64,000 nt of DNA from Spirochaetia bacterium (GTDB lineage: Bacteria > Spirochaetota > Spirochaetia > DSM-16054 > Sediminispirochaetaceae): positions 96,001 to 160,000 of the forward strand of contig JAXHMY010000003.1 in NCBI GenBank assembly GCA_034520965.1, read 5' to 3'. This document shows, piece by piece, positions 22,380 through 32,476 of the stretch. Numbering within the stretch: the first letter of the stretch is position 1; the number at the start of each line of letters is the position of its first letter. A model generated the notes under the pieces. It saw only the letters and a list, made by a program, of their open reading frames with translations, did not search any database and was not told the origin of the DNA. A program made the position numbers and the translations under genes.

Positions 22380-23625
22380 CTATCTAAGAAAATCAAGCAG
22401 CGTTGGCTGTATAATACGGCCGGCGGCTCCCAAAGCTGCTTTATGAGCCTGTTCAAGTTCTTTCAAATCGGTAATTGCCTTGGTAAAATCAAGGTCCACC
22501 TCTTTAGAGTTTTGCTCCTGAAGTTCCGGCACTTCATGATTAATCCTGCGCAGGGCTACCTGCATTCGCTCATCCTGAGCTCCAAGCTCCGCCATACTCG
22601 ACAGCAATTTGTCCTGCGCCAGGTCAATTCCTTTAAGAGCTGAGCCCCCGATATCAATTGTGTCCCCTGCGTAGAGTCTGTCGCGAAGATGAATAACCAT
22701 ATCAAATAGGGATCCGCCTGAAGAGTTTGCATCCGGTGCGACGTTAAACGGGGGTTTACCAATATCGGTAATTACTCCCAGGTCTTGCAATACGCTCCCT
22801 TCTTCCCCGTCCTGTAAATACAGTTGATGGGGCGAAGTGGTTATTAACGCAAGCGAGTTGTTGACCGGATCGAGACTTGCCTTTACCTGGGCGTTTGAAT
22901 CGTTTATTTTGGCAATAATATTATGGATATTATCACCGGCATTTAATTGAATTTCCTCACCATCTATTTGAATTGAAGTATCGGTGTCTACCACGTAATT
23001 TTGAGCGTTTACTGCAGAGAATATTTGCTGCTGTTCAGCCCACAGCACCTCATTTCCGGAAAAATGCTTTTTCACATAATTCCCCTGTCCAATTTCAACC
23101 ACCGAGGGTTTAATTGAGCCTCGGTATTCTACCTCAGTGACTACCTGGCCGCCCGCCTCCGGTATGGTACCACTCAGCACTCTATAGGGGCTGGTTGATG
23201 TTTTGTCGCCACCGAACATGGTTGTACCATCGGCATTTCTGGCATTGCCTATCTCAATTAATTCGTTCAGTAGTTGATTAATTTCCTGGCCCATGGCCTG
23301 CTTGTCGGACTTTAGTATAGGTATCGTTGGCGCCCTGTACGGCTAATTCTCGCACACGGTGTAAAATACTGTTGGCACTTTTCATGTACCCTTCCGCTAC
23401 CCGGTGCTCGCTTTTAATGCGTTCTGCATTTTTTGCATACCGCTCAAGATGAGTTATCTTCGACATATACCGGGTAGAATGCCCAGCTGCTAAAGGGTCA
23501 TCCCGCAGATTATTTACTCTACTCTGAGTAGCCATCTGGTTATTTAGTTCATACAAGCTTTGATTGCGTTTATTCAGCTGATACTGCATGTCATTAATAC
23601 TCATATTGCTGCTAATTCGTTCCAT
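22380..23625 (-). CDS. flgL: Hook-associated protein FlgL, single frameshift near 23308
   Basis: ORFs 23278..23625 (MERISS...DDPLAAG, RVRELAVQGAN) and 22380..23294 (...PTLLDFLR). Confidence 0.9.
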
Positions 23626-23629
23626 CTAA

Positions 23630-25508
23630 CTATACTCCCATCCGGTTAATGATAGTATCCAGCATCTGGTTTACTTGCGAGATATATCGAGAGGCAGCAG
23701 CATACCCGTGCTGAAATTTGATCATCTGTGATAGTTCTTCATCAATGTTTACTCCGGATATTGAATCTTTCAATCCCTTCAGCTCCTGCATAATTTCCTG
23801 CTCTGTTTCGTAGGCCCGATCGGCAGCTTCACCCTTAAGCCCTACCTTAGTAACGGCCTGTGAAAAATAGTCGCTGAAGCCTTTGTACTTGCCAACCATC
23901 ACATCTCCATTACGAAGCTGAGCAATGGCTAAAGCGGCATCTCCGCTCCCGGAATCAGCGACCTCTCCGTTTCGCCCAAATCCGGCGGCGATACTGTCCG
24001 GATCATTTGCAATTGCCGGGTTAAGTTCGGTCCACCCGGCCGGATGTGAGAGCGGTGCAACTGAATAATCAACCCCCTCACCACGAAGTGCGGTTACCGC
24101 ATCCGCCTGTTCCCAATCGTAAGCCCCAGCGGCACCGGTTTCAGTTAAAACTCCGGAATACCCGGCTAAGAACTGTCCAGAATCTTCAATATGACGTATT
24201 ACAAAATCGGGATTTTCCACTTCTGCAGCCGGTGAAGCTTTGAGGTTAAGCCTTCCATTTCTATCTAAACGGGCAACTACTTCGGCTCCAGAGGTATTTA
24301 TGCGGCTTACAAGCTCTTCTACCGTATCTGTTGAATTATAATCAATTTCAACATTCCCTTGAGGCCCCGACAGTGAAACTGTACCCTCTAAACCGATCTG
24401 CTGCTGTGGGTCAAGGCTGTTGCTACCGGTAATCCGAAACAGATACGTAGAATCAAACTCCCCATCCCCGCTTCTATCGTAATTTCCCGACACGTTGTTC
24501 ACAAAAGGCCATTCAGTGAAAAAATCCTGGTTGGTTTGTCCGTTCTTACCGTAGGCATCACGGTGGATACTATTAACCATATCGGTAAAATTAATGGTCA
24601 TCATATCGAGCCCTTGAATTTCCTCTCGAACATCATTATCTCGCAATTCAAGATATCCCGCCAGCTCACCACCACGAGGCAGAAACTCCTCTCCGCTCTC
24701 GCGCCACACCACATCAGAATAGCCTTCGTTTTGTGTATTCGGTTCCGCGGACAGATAATTTGCAACTCGACCCTGCAACAGATGCATCCCGCCGCTGTGA
24801 ATGGTAAACTCATCCGGATCTCGGCCACTGACTGATATATCCACCAATGATGAAAGCCTTGTTACTAAGCCGGTCTCTTTGATCAAGCAGGTCGTTCGGG
24901 TTATCTCCCATCGCTTCTATCTTTACAATTTGCTTGTTGATTTCTGATACTTCGGCGAGGGTGGAATTGATTCTCTGAACGGTACCCTGCACCTCCTGCT
25001 CCAGCATATCTCTAATGTCACGCAACCCTTCATAGCGACGGTGGATGCTATTTATTAAGCTTTTACCACGTTCCAACACAGAATGCCGGGCAGAAGTCTG
25101 TTCCGGATACATGGAAAGCTCCTGCCATGAGTCCCAGAACTGGTCCATCTGAGCCCTCACCGAAATATCTCCCGGCTCGTTATATACCTGCTCCATCATA
25201 AGCACATATTTATCTCGGGTTTTCCAATATCCCTCACCGTTGGCCTGCTTTACAATCCGGCCTTCGAGAATTTCATCGTGGATTCTTTCAATTTTATCGG
25301 CGGTAACCCCCTGGCCTAATTGGCCGGCGGTTTCTTCACGGTTTAATCCCGGCATATAAATCGGGTCAAATGCTTTCATCTCTACACGCTGACGGCTATA
25401 ACCGTCCTTTGCGGCGTTGCCGAGGTTATGCCCGATGGTAGACATTGCTGTAGTGTGGGTAACGAGACTTCGTTTACCCATTTCAATTCCCGCAAAAGTT
25501 GAATTCAT
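23630..25508 (-). CDS. flgK: Hook-associated protein FlgK, single frameshift near 24869
   Basis: GHNLGNAAKDGYSRQRV, NDLLDQRD, SGVNIDEE...FQHGYAAA; removing one base restores DRLVTRLSSLVDI. Confidence 0.92.
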
Positions 25509-25526
25509 TAGGTACCTCCTAACCGC

Positions 25527-26018
25527 TTAGAGCTGATGGTTTACTACCAACGGATCATTATCAGTACTGCGTTTTTTACCCGTTTTTGAATACATTGTTC
25601 CCCGCTTATGCGGAAATATTTCCTGGAGAATATCGTAGATGGTAGTGGAAATACTACGAGTATACGCATCTATCGACCATACTACCCCCTGAAGCTGCAA
25701 AACCTGGCTTTTGAGTTTTCTAAATAGCTCCGACACCTGATCTTGCTCATCCTTCGGCAGCTGAACTACTACAGTGTAAAAACCCGCAGAGGTTTCTGCT
25801 TCCACTTCATTTCGGAGTTTTTCAAATACATGCATCCTCTCTTTTTCAAGAGCCGTCAAGTATCCCGAAAGCTTATCCATCTTCTCCAGTGACTCAGTGA
25901 GCTGTTTCCAGTCATGACGAAAAATACTGGAGCGAATGGTCTCAGCCCGTTCGATGGCAGATGTGAACCCATCGACTTCCTGCTGTAAAATGTGTGATAG
26001 ATGTACCGCCGTTTTCAT
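25527..26018 (-). CDS. flgN: Flagellar export chaperone FlgN-like
   Basis: Helical 163-aa ORF directly upstream of flgK, LEKERMHVF, C-terminal YSKTG. Confidence 0.7.
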   Translation of the reverse strand: MKTAVHLSHILQQEVDGFTSAIERAETIRSSIFRHDWKQLTESLEKMDKLSGYLTALEKERMHVFEKLRNEVEAETSAGFYTVVVQLPKDEQDQVSELFRKLKSQVLQLQGVVWSIDAYTRSISTTIYDILQEIFPHKRGTMYSKTGKKRSTDNDPLVVNHQL

Positions 26019-26039
26019 CCTTATATACTCCTGTTTCTA

Positions 26040-26066
26040 TCATCGGCCTCGATTATTGAGAGTTTA
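26040..26066 (-). promoter_or_regulatory. Sigma-28 (FliA) promoter of flgN-flgK-flgL-fliW-csrA
   Basis: Minus strand TAAA-N15-GCCGATGA, then SD AGGAG. Confidence 0.8.
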
Positions 26067-26217
26067 ATAAAACTGTAAACACGATCGATTGCTCTGAGAT
26101 GTTCCCTAAGGTCTTACTTTGTACTAAAAATAAGACTTGATTCTAGATAAAAGTTTTCTTATATTAGCAGCACACGAACAAAACACTAAAGTTGTCACTA
26201 TTCTAAGGAGGATACGA

Positions 26218-27153
26218 ATGCAAGTTGATAAGGATCTGATCATAATCGGCGGTGGAGCTGCCGGTCTTAGTGCTGCCCAATATGCAGCCCGGGCCAATCT
26301 GGATGTACTGGTAATTGAGGAGATGGCCGCCGGAGGGCAGTGCCTTATTATCGGAGATTTAGAGAACTACCCAGGATTTCCCGAGCCAATCAATGGCGCT
26401 GAATTTGCTATGCTATTAGAAAACCAAGCCAAGAATTTTGGGGCAGACTTTCTGATAGGAACGGCGAAATCCATTTCTAAAGAGGGTGAAATCTACAGCA
26501 TCGAAACCAGCAAAGGTACATACACCACCTATGCGGTGATACTAACCACCGGTGCGCAGCACCGTAAAATCAACGTTCCCGGAGAAAAAGAGTTTGCCGG
26601 CCGCGGTGTCTCTTACTGCGCCACCTGTGACGGACCTTTTTTCAAGAATAAGAAAATGCTGGTAGTCGGCGGTGGAGATGCTGCCTGTGACGAAGCCGGT
26701 TATCTGGCCAACCTAAGCGATAAGGTCATTATGATCCATCGCCGTGATAAACTCAGGGCACAGCGATCCTTGGCCGAACGAGTAATTAAAAATCCGAATA
26801 TTGAAGTTCGCTACAATACCGAGATTCGTGAGATTAAGGGCGGAATGAAGGTCGAAGGGGTTGTATTGGAAGATAACACCAGCGGCGAAACCTACGAAGA
26901 AGAGATGGATGCAGTCTTTGTATTTATTGGTTCAATTCCCCAAACCTCACTTGTACCTGATGTGAAGAAAGATGAAGCTGGGTATATTGTAACCGATCAG
27001 AATATGGAAACTGAAAAACCCGGTTTATACGCAGCTGGAGATGTGCGTTCATCTCCATTTCGGCAGCTGGTCGTGGCCGCCGGTGAAGGCGCAGTTGCCA
27101 CCCATTGCGCGTCCCAGCGTATCGATGCTATAAAAGGGGAAGCATACGAATAA
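26218..27153 (+). CDS. trxB: Thioredoxin-disulfide reductase
   Basis: GGGAAG, GVSYCATCDG, GGGDAA, HRRD, AAGD; start MQVDK after SD AAGGAGG; promoter TTGATT-17-TATATT at 26137-26165. Confidence 0.95.
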   Translation: MQVDKDLIIIGGGAAGLSAAQYAARANLDVLVIEEMAAGGQCLIIGDLENYPGFPEPINGAEFAMLLENQAKNFGADFLIGTAKSISKEGEIYSIETSKGTYTTYAVILTTGAQHRKINVPGEKEFAGRGVSYCATCDGPFFKNKKMLVVGGGDAACDEAGYLANLSDKVIMIHRRDKLRAQRSLAERVIKNPNIEVRYNTEIREIKGGMKVEGVVLEDNTSGETYEEEMDAVFVFIGSIPQTSLVPDVKKDEAGYIVTDQNMETEKPGLYAAGDVRSSPFRQLVVAAGEGAVATHCASQRIDAIKGEAYE

Positions 27154-27174
27154 ACTTCTTTTTAGCAGGCGCAG

Positions 27175-28902
27175 ATGGTGCAGAAAGCATCTTTACTAAG
27201 ACATATTTTACTTGCCATTAGTTTCTTTACGATTATAAGCGGGGCCGGCCAATTGTGGTCGGTTCCTCATTTTTTTTCACTCCCCGGTGTTGATACTAGC
27301 AGCACACAGAGCTCCAAAGAACATGCCGACCGGATTCTCGCTTCAATGAGTGATGATGAACTCCTGGGACAGGTGTTCCTACTAGGTTACTTTGGCCGCT
27401 CCCCTTCCACAGAAATTTTAGATTGGATTAAGAACAAGCATATCGGAGGGATTAAAATATTCGGCTGGAATGCGGAGAATCTGCAGGAACTTGCCAAAAG
27501 CGTTGGAATTCTGCAAACCGCCGCAACTGAAAGCAGGCTGAAAATCCCCCTGTTTATAGCAACCGACCAGGAGGGGGGCTGGGTGCGCCATATAAAGGGA
27601 GAGACCTCTATTACCCCCGGGAATCTTGCAATTGGTGCCACAGGGCTTCCCTACGACGCCTATTATACAGGTCTGTACATTGGTAAAGAGCTCAGAGCTT
27701 TGGGCATCAACATGAACTTTGCTCCCACCGTCGATGTCTATGGAGATGCAAACGCCCATGTGATCGGTCCGCGAGCTTTTGCAGAAGACCCGCTAACCAC
27801 TGCTCAACTTGGGGTGGCCTATTATCACGGCATGGAGGACAGCGGAATCGTATGTACGGCCAAACACTTTCCGGGGCATGGAAAGGCCACCGAAGACTCC
27901 CACGGCACGCTTCCGGTAATACAAAGTGACTTTAATGCCCTGTGGGAAGAAGACCTGTTGCCGTACCGCTTTTTATTTCGAGAAGGTTTGCCCGGACTTA
28001 TGAGTGCCCATCTCTCTTTTCCGGAAATCATCGATGCGGAAATCCCGGCCTCTCTATCCCCCTACTTCTTACGCCAGTTAGTACGGGAGGAAATGGGTTT
28101 TGAAGGAATTATAATAACCGATGATATGCGTATGCATGGGGCCCTTCAAAACGGAAACAACATCGCAGATGCGTGTCTCCAGGCTTTAAAGGCCGGTAAC
28201 GACATGATTATGATTTCCCACGATTTTGATATGTATCAACAGACTTGGAACCTTTTGTACAAAGAATTACAAGCAAACCCAAAGTTTAGAACCCAAATTG
28301 AAGATTCCGTACGTAGAGTATTGTTGACAAAGCTCCGCTATTTGAGGGGTCCCGAAGCAGTTCCTCTGAACCCCGACCCGGCAGCAGTTGCCGATTCAAT
28401 TCCCTCGCAAGACAGCCGGGAGTTCTTTTTTAATCAAGCAGGGCGCAGTGTTTCCATTATCAGCGACGGAAATATCCCTCTATCCGGAGAGAACAACAAA
28501 ATACTGTTAGCCGGTCAACTGAATACTTTTCTCTCGGTTGGGCGCAGCTATTACCCGGAAGCCGACACCTACTACTTTCCATACTCACCCTTTTACATAG
28601 CCGACGAACAGCATGTTGCCGAGCTGAAAGCCCGTGCATCCGGCTACGACACCATCATATTTTGCCTTGCCAACCCAAACAGTGCCGATGTTCTTCGCGG
28701 CCTTGAAGAGGTCGATGCCAAAGTGATCGTACTTTCGGTCCTTACTCCGGTATACTTACGCACAATTCCCTGGATAGATACCGGCCTAGCCATTTACGGC
28801 ACCGGGCGCGATTCCTTTACCGCCGGTTTTGCCGCACTTAAAGGTATGATACCCGCTAACGGGAGGGTACCTATCTTTATGCATGGAGAAAAAAGAGAAT
28901 AA
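27175..28902 (+). CDS. GH3 beta-N-acetylhexosaminidase (NagZ-like), exported
   Basis: DQEGG, NFAPTVD, KHFPGHG...DSH, IITDDM; signal peptide. Confidence 0.9.
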   Translation: MVQKASLLRHILLAISFFTIISGAGQLWSVPHFFSLPGVDTSSTQSSKEHADRILASMSDDELLGQVFLLGYFGRSPSTEILDWIKNKHIGGIKIFGWNAENLQELAKSVGILQTAATESRLKIPLFIATDQEGGWVRHIKGETSITPGNLAIGATGLPYDAYYTGLYIGKELRALGINMNFAPTVDVYGDANAHVIGPRAFAEDPLTTAQLGVAYYHGMEDSGIVCTAKHFPGHGKATEDSHGTLPVIQSDFNALWEEDLLPYRFLFREGLPGLMSAHLSFPEIIDAEIPASLSPYFLRQLVREEMGFEGIIITDDMRMHGALQNGNNIADACLQALKAGNDMIMISHDFDMYQQTWNLLYKELQANPKFRTQIEDSVRRVLLTKLRYLRGPEAVPLNPDPAAVADSIPSQDSREFFFNQAGRSVSIISDGNIPLSGENNKILLAGQLNTFLSVGRSYYPEADTYYFPYSPFYIADEQHVAELKARASGYDTIIFCLANPNSADVLRGLEEVDAKVIVLSVLTPVYLRTIPWIDTGLAIYGTGRDSFTAGFAALKGMIPANGRVPIFMHGEKRE

Positions 28903-28904
28903 CC

Positions 28905-29810
28905 GTGATATGGCAGCGGGTCACTCAGGATAATTTTTACGAACTCATCCGATTCATTCTGCCCCATGAATACCTGTGTGTTAATTTTACTTCCAGGCTG
29001 CTGAACAACAAACGCCCGGAACTGCCACCACCCCGGGAAGCGGCCCTTTTTATTGGAAAAGAGGACCCGCCGGATTCTCACGAAGCGATTGGGTCTTCCG
29101 GTACACCCAGCAGGGTTTGTGCGGCGGTGCTGATTACTTCAAAAGGACTTTTAATTCCTGTTCATGAAGAAGGAATAACTCTAACCGCAGACCAGCTGCT
29201 GCCCTTACTCACGCAGATCTACCGTTACGTCCGTAAAATCTACTGCGTGATAGGAATGGAAAATACCGTAAAACAATACGAACCCCATCTTCACCAGGCA
29301 ATAGATACCTATCGTTCCCACTATTTGATGCTTCGACCAAAACAACGCCCTCTTGCACCGCTGTCGATACCGGTAAAAATCCAAATACATCACCTCACTG
29401 AAAAACAAATAAAGCACATATTCCCGCTTGAAAAGGCTTATCAGTATGAAGAGGTAGTGGTGCACCCGGAGCGCTTTAATTCCGCCGCATATATGCTTCA
29501 CTTTCGCAAAGTCGTAAAAAGTCAAAAGGTTCTGTTTGCGAGCCTCAATGGTGTTCCTATCTCCAAAGCAGGAACAAACGCCATCGGCATCAATCATACC
29601 CAGATCGGAGGGGTCTTTACCACACCCGAATACCGGGGACATGGTGTTGCCCGGGCGCTCATGCACCGATTGATTGAAGAGATCCAGGTATCGGACAGAA
29701 CTGCAGTACTGTTTGTCAGAACTAGCAACTCCTCGGCCATTCAACTTTATCGCCGTTTAAATTTTGACATAATAGGTCGTTATCAGATATCCTACACTAG
29801 AGTAGAATAA
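28905..29810 (+). CDS. GNAT acetyltransferase
   Basis: QIGGVFTTPEYRGHGVA, N..AIQLYRRL. Confidence 0.85.
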   Translation: MIWQRVTQDNFYELIRFILPHEYLCVNFTSRLLNNKRPELPPPREAALFIGKEDPPDSHEAIGSSGTPSRVCAAVLITSKGLLIPVHEEGITLTADQLLPLLTQIYRYVRKIYCVIGMENTVKQYEPHLHQAIDTYRSHYLMLRPKQRPLAPLSIPVKIQIHHLTEKQIKHIFPLEKAYQYEEVVVHPERFNSAAYMLHFRKVVKSQKVLFASLNGVPISKAGTNAIGINHTQIGGVFTTPEYRGHGVARALMHRLIEEIQVSDRTAVLFVRTSNSSAIQLYRRLNFDIIGRYQISYTRVE

Positions 29811-29821
29811 GCGGGGTAATT

Positions 29822-31282
29822 ATGAAAATTTGTATGATTGCAAGTGAAGCAGTTCCTTTTGCCAAAACCGGTGGATTAGCCGATATTGTAACCTCACTAT
29901 CTAAAAAGTTGTCTCTCCTTGGCCATGATGTGCGAGTGGTAATACCCAGGTATGCATCCATTTCCACAGAAAAACTCACGCCGGCCGCTGCAACTATTTC
30001 AGTCCCCATCCGTTTTACTCAGGAAAAGTGCAAAGTACTGCAAGGCTATTTTCCAAACTCTGAGGTTCCGGTCTATTTTATCGAACATCCAGCCTTCTCA
30101 ACCCGCGTAGGCTATTACGGGGGCAACGGAAGTCATACTTATCGTGACAACCATTACCGCTTTGCCCTTTTAAGCCGGGCGGTATTTCCGCTTTGTCGAA
30201 GCATAAACTGGGTTCCGGACATTCTTCACAGTCACGATTGGCAGGCAGCTTTAGTAAATGCCTACTTGCGGGAGTACGAGTCCGAATCCGAGTTTCAACA
30301 GAGTCGCGGTATTTTTACTATTCACAACATCGGTTATCAAGGCATATTCTCTAAACATGACCTTCACAGCACCCAACTTAGCTGGGAAACCTGCAGCCAA
30401 GAAGTACCGAAAGTCGAAACAGCACTTAACTATATGAAATGTGGTATTCTAAATGCAGATGCAATCACTACGGTCTCGCCGACCTACGCCAAGGAGATAC
30501 AAACTGAAGAGTTCGGCCACGGGATGGAACAACTCCTGCGTGAACGAAGTGCTTCTCTCTATGGCATTTTGAACGGGGTCGATTATGAGGAGTGGGATCC
30601 AAAGACCGATCCTCATCTTCCTAAATTTTATTCAGCCGATGACCTTACTGGAAAAGCGGCCGCAAAAGCGCATTTACAAAAAAAGGTAGGACTTCCGATA
30701 GATGCAGAAGTGCCCTTGATCGGCTTAGTGAGTAGACTTGCCGCTCAGAAAGGCTTTTACGAGCTGTGTGATCCTCATCGGGGAGCATTAAAGCGGATAT
30801 GCCGGGAGATGTCGGTACAAGTAGTTGTGTTAGGTACCGGAGAAGAATGGCTCGAAGAGGAGCTGCTGAATCTCCAGCGCCGGCTTCCGAACTTAAAAGT
30901 AAAAACAACTTTCAGTGATTCCCTAGCCCATCAGATAGAGGCCGGTTCTGATTTTTTTCTTATGCCCAGCCGCTATGAACCCTGCGGCTTGAACCAGATT
31001 TACTCCCTCCGTTACGGCACTATACCGATTGTCCGTGCCACTGGAGGCCTTGCGGACACTGTCGAAAACTACAGCCACGAAACCGGTCAGGGCACCGGCT
31101 TTATGTTCAACGATCTCTCACCGGAGAGTATTTTTCATACCACCGAATGGGCGGTATCTATCTGGTACGAGAAGCCGGAGCATTTTAGGCAGATGCAGAT
31201 CCGTGGAATGAACTCACATTTCTCATGGAAAGATTCCGCAGATCATTATGTGAAGCTATATCAGCGGTTTTTGGACTCTTGA
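29822..31282 (+). CDS. glgA: Glycogen synthase
   Basis: KTGGLAD, HSHDWQ, TIHNIGYQG, MPSRYEPCGLNQ. Confidence 0.95.
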   Translation: MKICMIASEAVPFAKTGGLADIVTSLSKKLSLLGHDVRVVIPRYASISTEKLTPAAATISVPIRFTQEKCKVLQGYFPNSEVPVYFIEHPAFSTRVGYYGGNGSHTYRDNHYRFALLSRAVFPLCRSINWVPDILHSHDWQAALVNAYLREYESESEFQQSRGIFTIHNIGYQGIFSKHDLHSTQLSWETCSQEVPKVETALNYMKCGILNADAITTVSPTYAKEIQTEEFGHGMEQLLRERSASLYGILNGVDYEEWDPKTDPHLPKFYSADDLTGKAAAKAHLQKKVGLPIDAEVPLIGLVSRLAAQKGFYELCDPHRGALKRICREMSVQVVVLGTGEEWLEEELLNLQRRLPNLKVKTTFSDSLAHQIEAGSDFFLMPSRYEPCGLNQIYSLRYGTIPIVRATGGLADTVENYSHETGQGTGFMFNDLSPESIFHTTEWAVSIWYEKPEHFRQMQIRGMNSHFSWKDSADHYVKLYQRFLDS

Positions 31283-31316
31283 GATTCTTTGAAAATGTAA
31301 ATTTTGAAAGAATCTC
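31281..31316. terminator. Hairpin between convergent glgA and exonuclease gene
   Basis: GAGATTCTTT..AAAAT-GTAA-ATTTT..AAAGAATCTC. Confidence 0.55.
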
Positions 31317-32457
31317 ACATCGCACTTATTTTTCGTTCTAAGCGCCTAAGGCGGTGCTGTAACTCGTTATAATTCACCTTTGACAGCAATGCACGCTGCT
31401 GTAGAAGGGGTTGTATAAGACTCAATGCTGCTTTTGGTTGCTTGTCTATATGCTCAAGGATTTTTGCGGTTTCAATCAGTTGAAAATATCCAGCCCGGAG
31501 AGCCCTCATTTTAGCTAAGACTTCTCTTAATTCCGTCAGGTGACGGCGGCTTTTATAGAAGGAAACCAGAATCCGGCCGGCCGCCTCATTCCCTGCAGAT
31601 AATTCCGCTTCGAAGATTGAAATTGCTCGGGTTTCATTGATTTGAAGCATTAACAATCCAAGGCCCAGCCTGGCCTGACCATCGGGCAAACTCTCCGGAT
31701 TCATTGCTGTTCTTTCAATATGAAAAAGCAGTTGTGCCAAGGATGCTATATCCTGCACATGGTGAGCTACTACGCGTCGCATACAGCCGGCCTCCTGTGT
31801 TCTCAGAAACTCCTGATAACACTCGGGAATAAGCGCCCCCTCAATGTCATCTTCACGATTAATATTGAGCACCAACTCTTCAATTCGCCCCAGATTGCAT
31901 TTCTTTAAAGACTTACCCCAAATTTTACGGGTTGGGTACAGCAAATCAAGCTGACGCGGCATATCGGTGTTGTGGTAGCCGTGAATTCGTAGGCGGTTCA
32001 GAAGCATATGCCGGTCGAAACCTTTTCCGTTGTAAGATACGAAAAGCTTGTCCGATGAAAGATAGGGCAGCAAAGCCCTTATAAAGGCCGGCTCACCGGG
32101 ATAGTCCACCAACAATATCTGTTCGATATGCAGTTTTTCCCCTTCTATCCGACCAAAACCGGCTAGAAAAATAATGGTACCCGCACCCCCCGAAAGACCG
32201 GTAGTTTCGAAATCATAGAATACCAGCTTGGGAAGCAGACTTGAATTTGTTAACAGCAATCCTTCAACGTGCTGCGTCTCCAATGGGCATGGCAAGACCA
32301 AACTGCGCTTCCAGACGTAGGGAGCGATAGCCCTCCATCCAGTCCATGGCAAGGGGGCATCATTTCGCCCAACTTTACCCCTCTCGTCGGCCGAACCTGT
32401 TGCGCCGGCCTCACGCAATTCACGCAGCTGGTTCAGTCTACCGGACAGTTTTGCCAC
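31315..32457 (-). CDS. RNase H-like (DEDD) exonuclease, YprB/MrfB-like
   Basis: DFETTGL, SYNGKGFD, DLLY, H..QDI, helical C-terminus; downstream of DUF1998 helicase. Confidence 0.8.
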   Translation of the reverse strand: MAKLSGRLNQLRELREAGATGSADERGKVGRNDAPLPWTGWRAIAPYVWKRSLVLPCPLETQHVEGLLLTNSSLLPKLVFYDFETTGLSGGAGTIIFLAGFGRIEGEKLHIEQILLVDYPGEPAFIRALLPYLSSDKLFVSYNGKGFDRHMLLNRLRIHGYHNTDMPRQLDLLYPTRKIWGKSLKKCNLGRIEELVLNINREDDIEGALIPECYQEFLRTQEAGCMRRVVAHHVQDIASLAQLLFHIERTAMNPESLPDGQARLGLGLLMLQINETRAISIFEAELSAGNEAAGRILVSFYKSRRHLTELREVLAKMRALRAGYFQLIETAKILEHIDKQPKAALSLIQPLLQQRALLSKVNYNELQHRLRRLERKISAM

Positions 32458-32476
32458 GTATTATCAACCTCCACTT

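Noticed and set aside
31281..31316. Third copy of the MITE
   Set aside because: Shares only GATTCT/AGAATC; lacks CAG ends and TSD; better explained as a terminator between convergent genes
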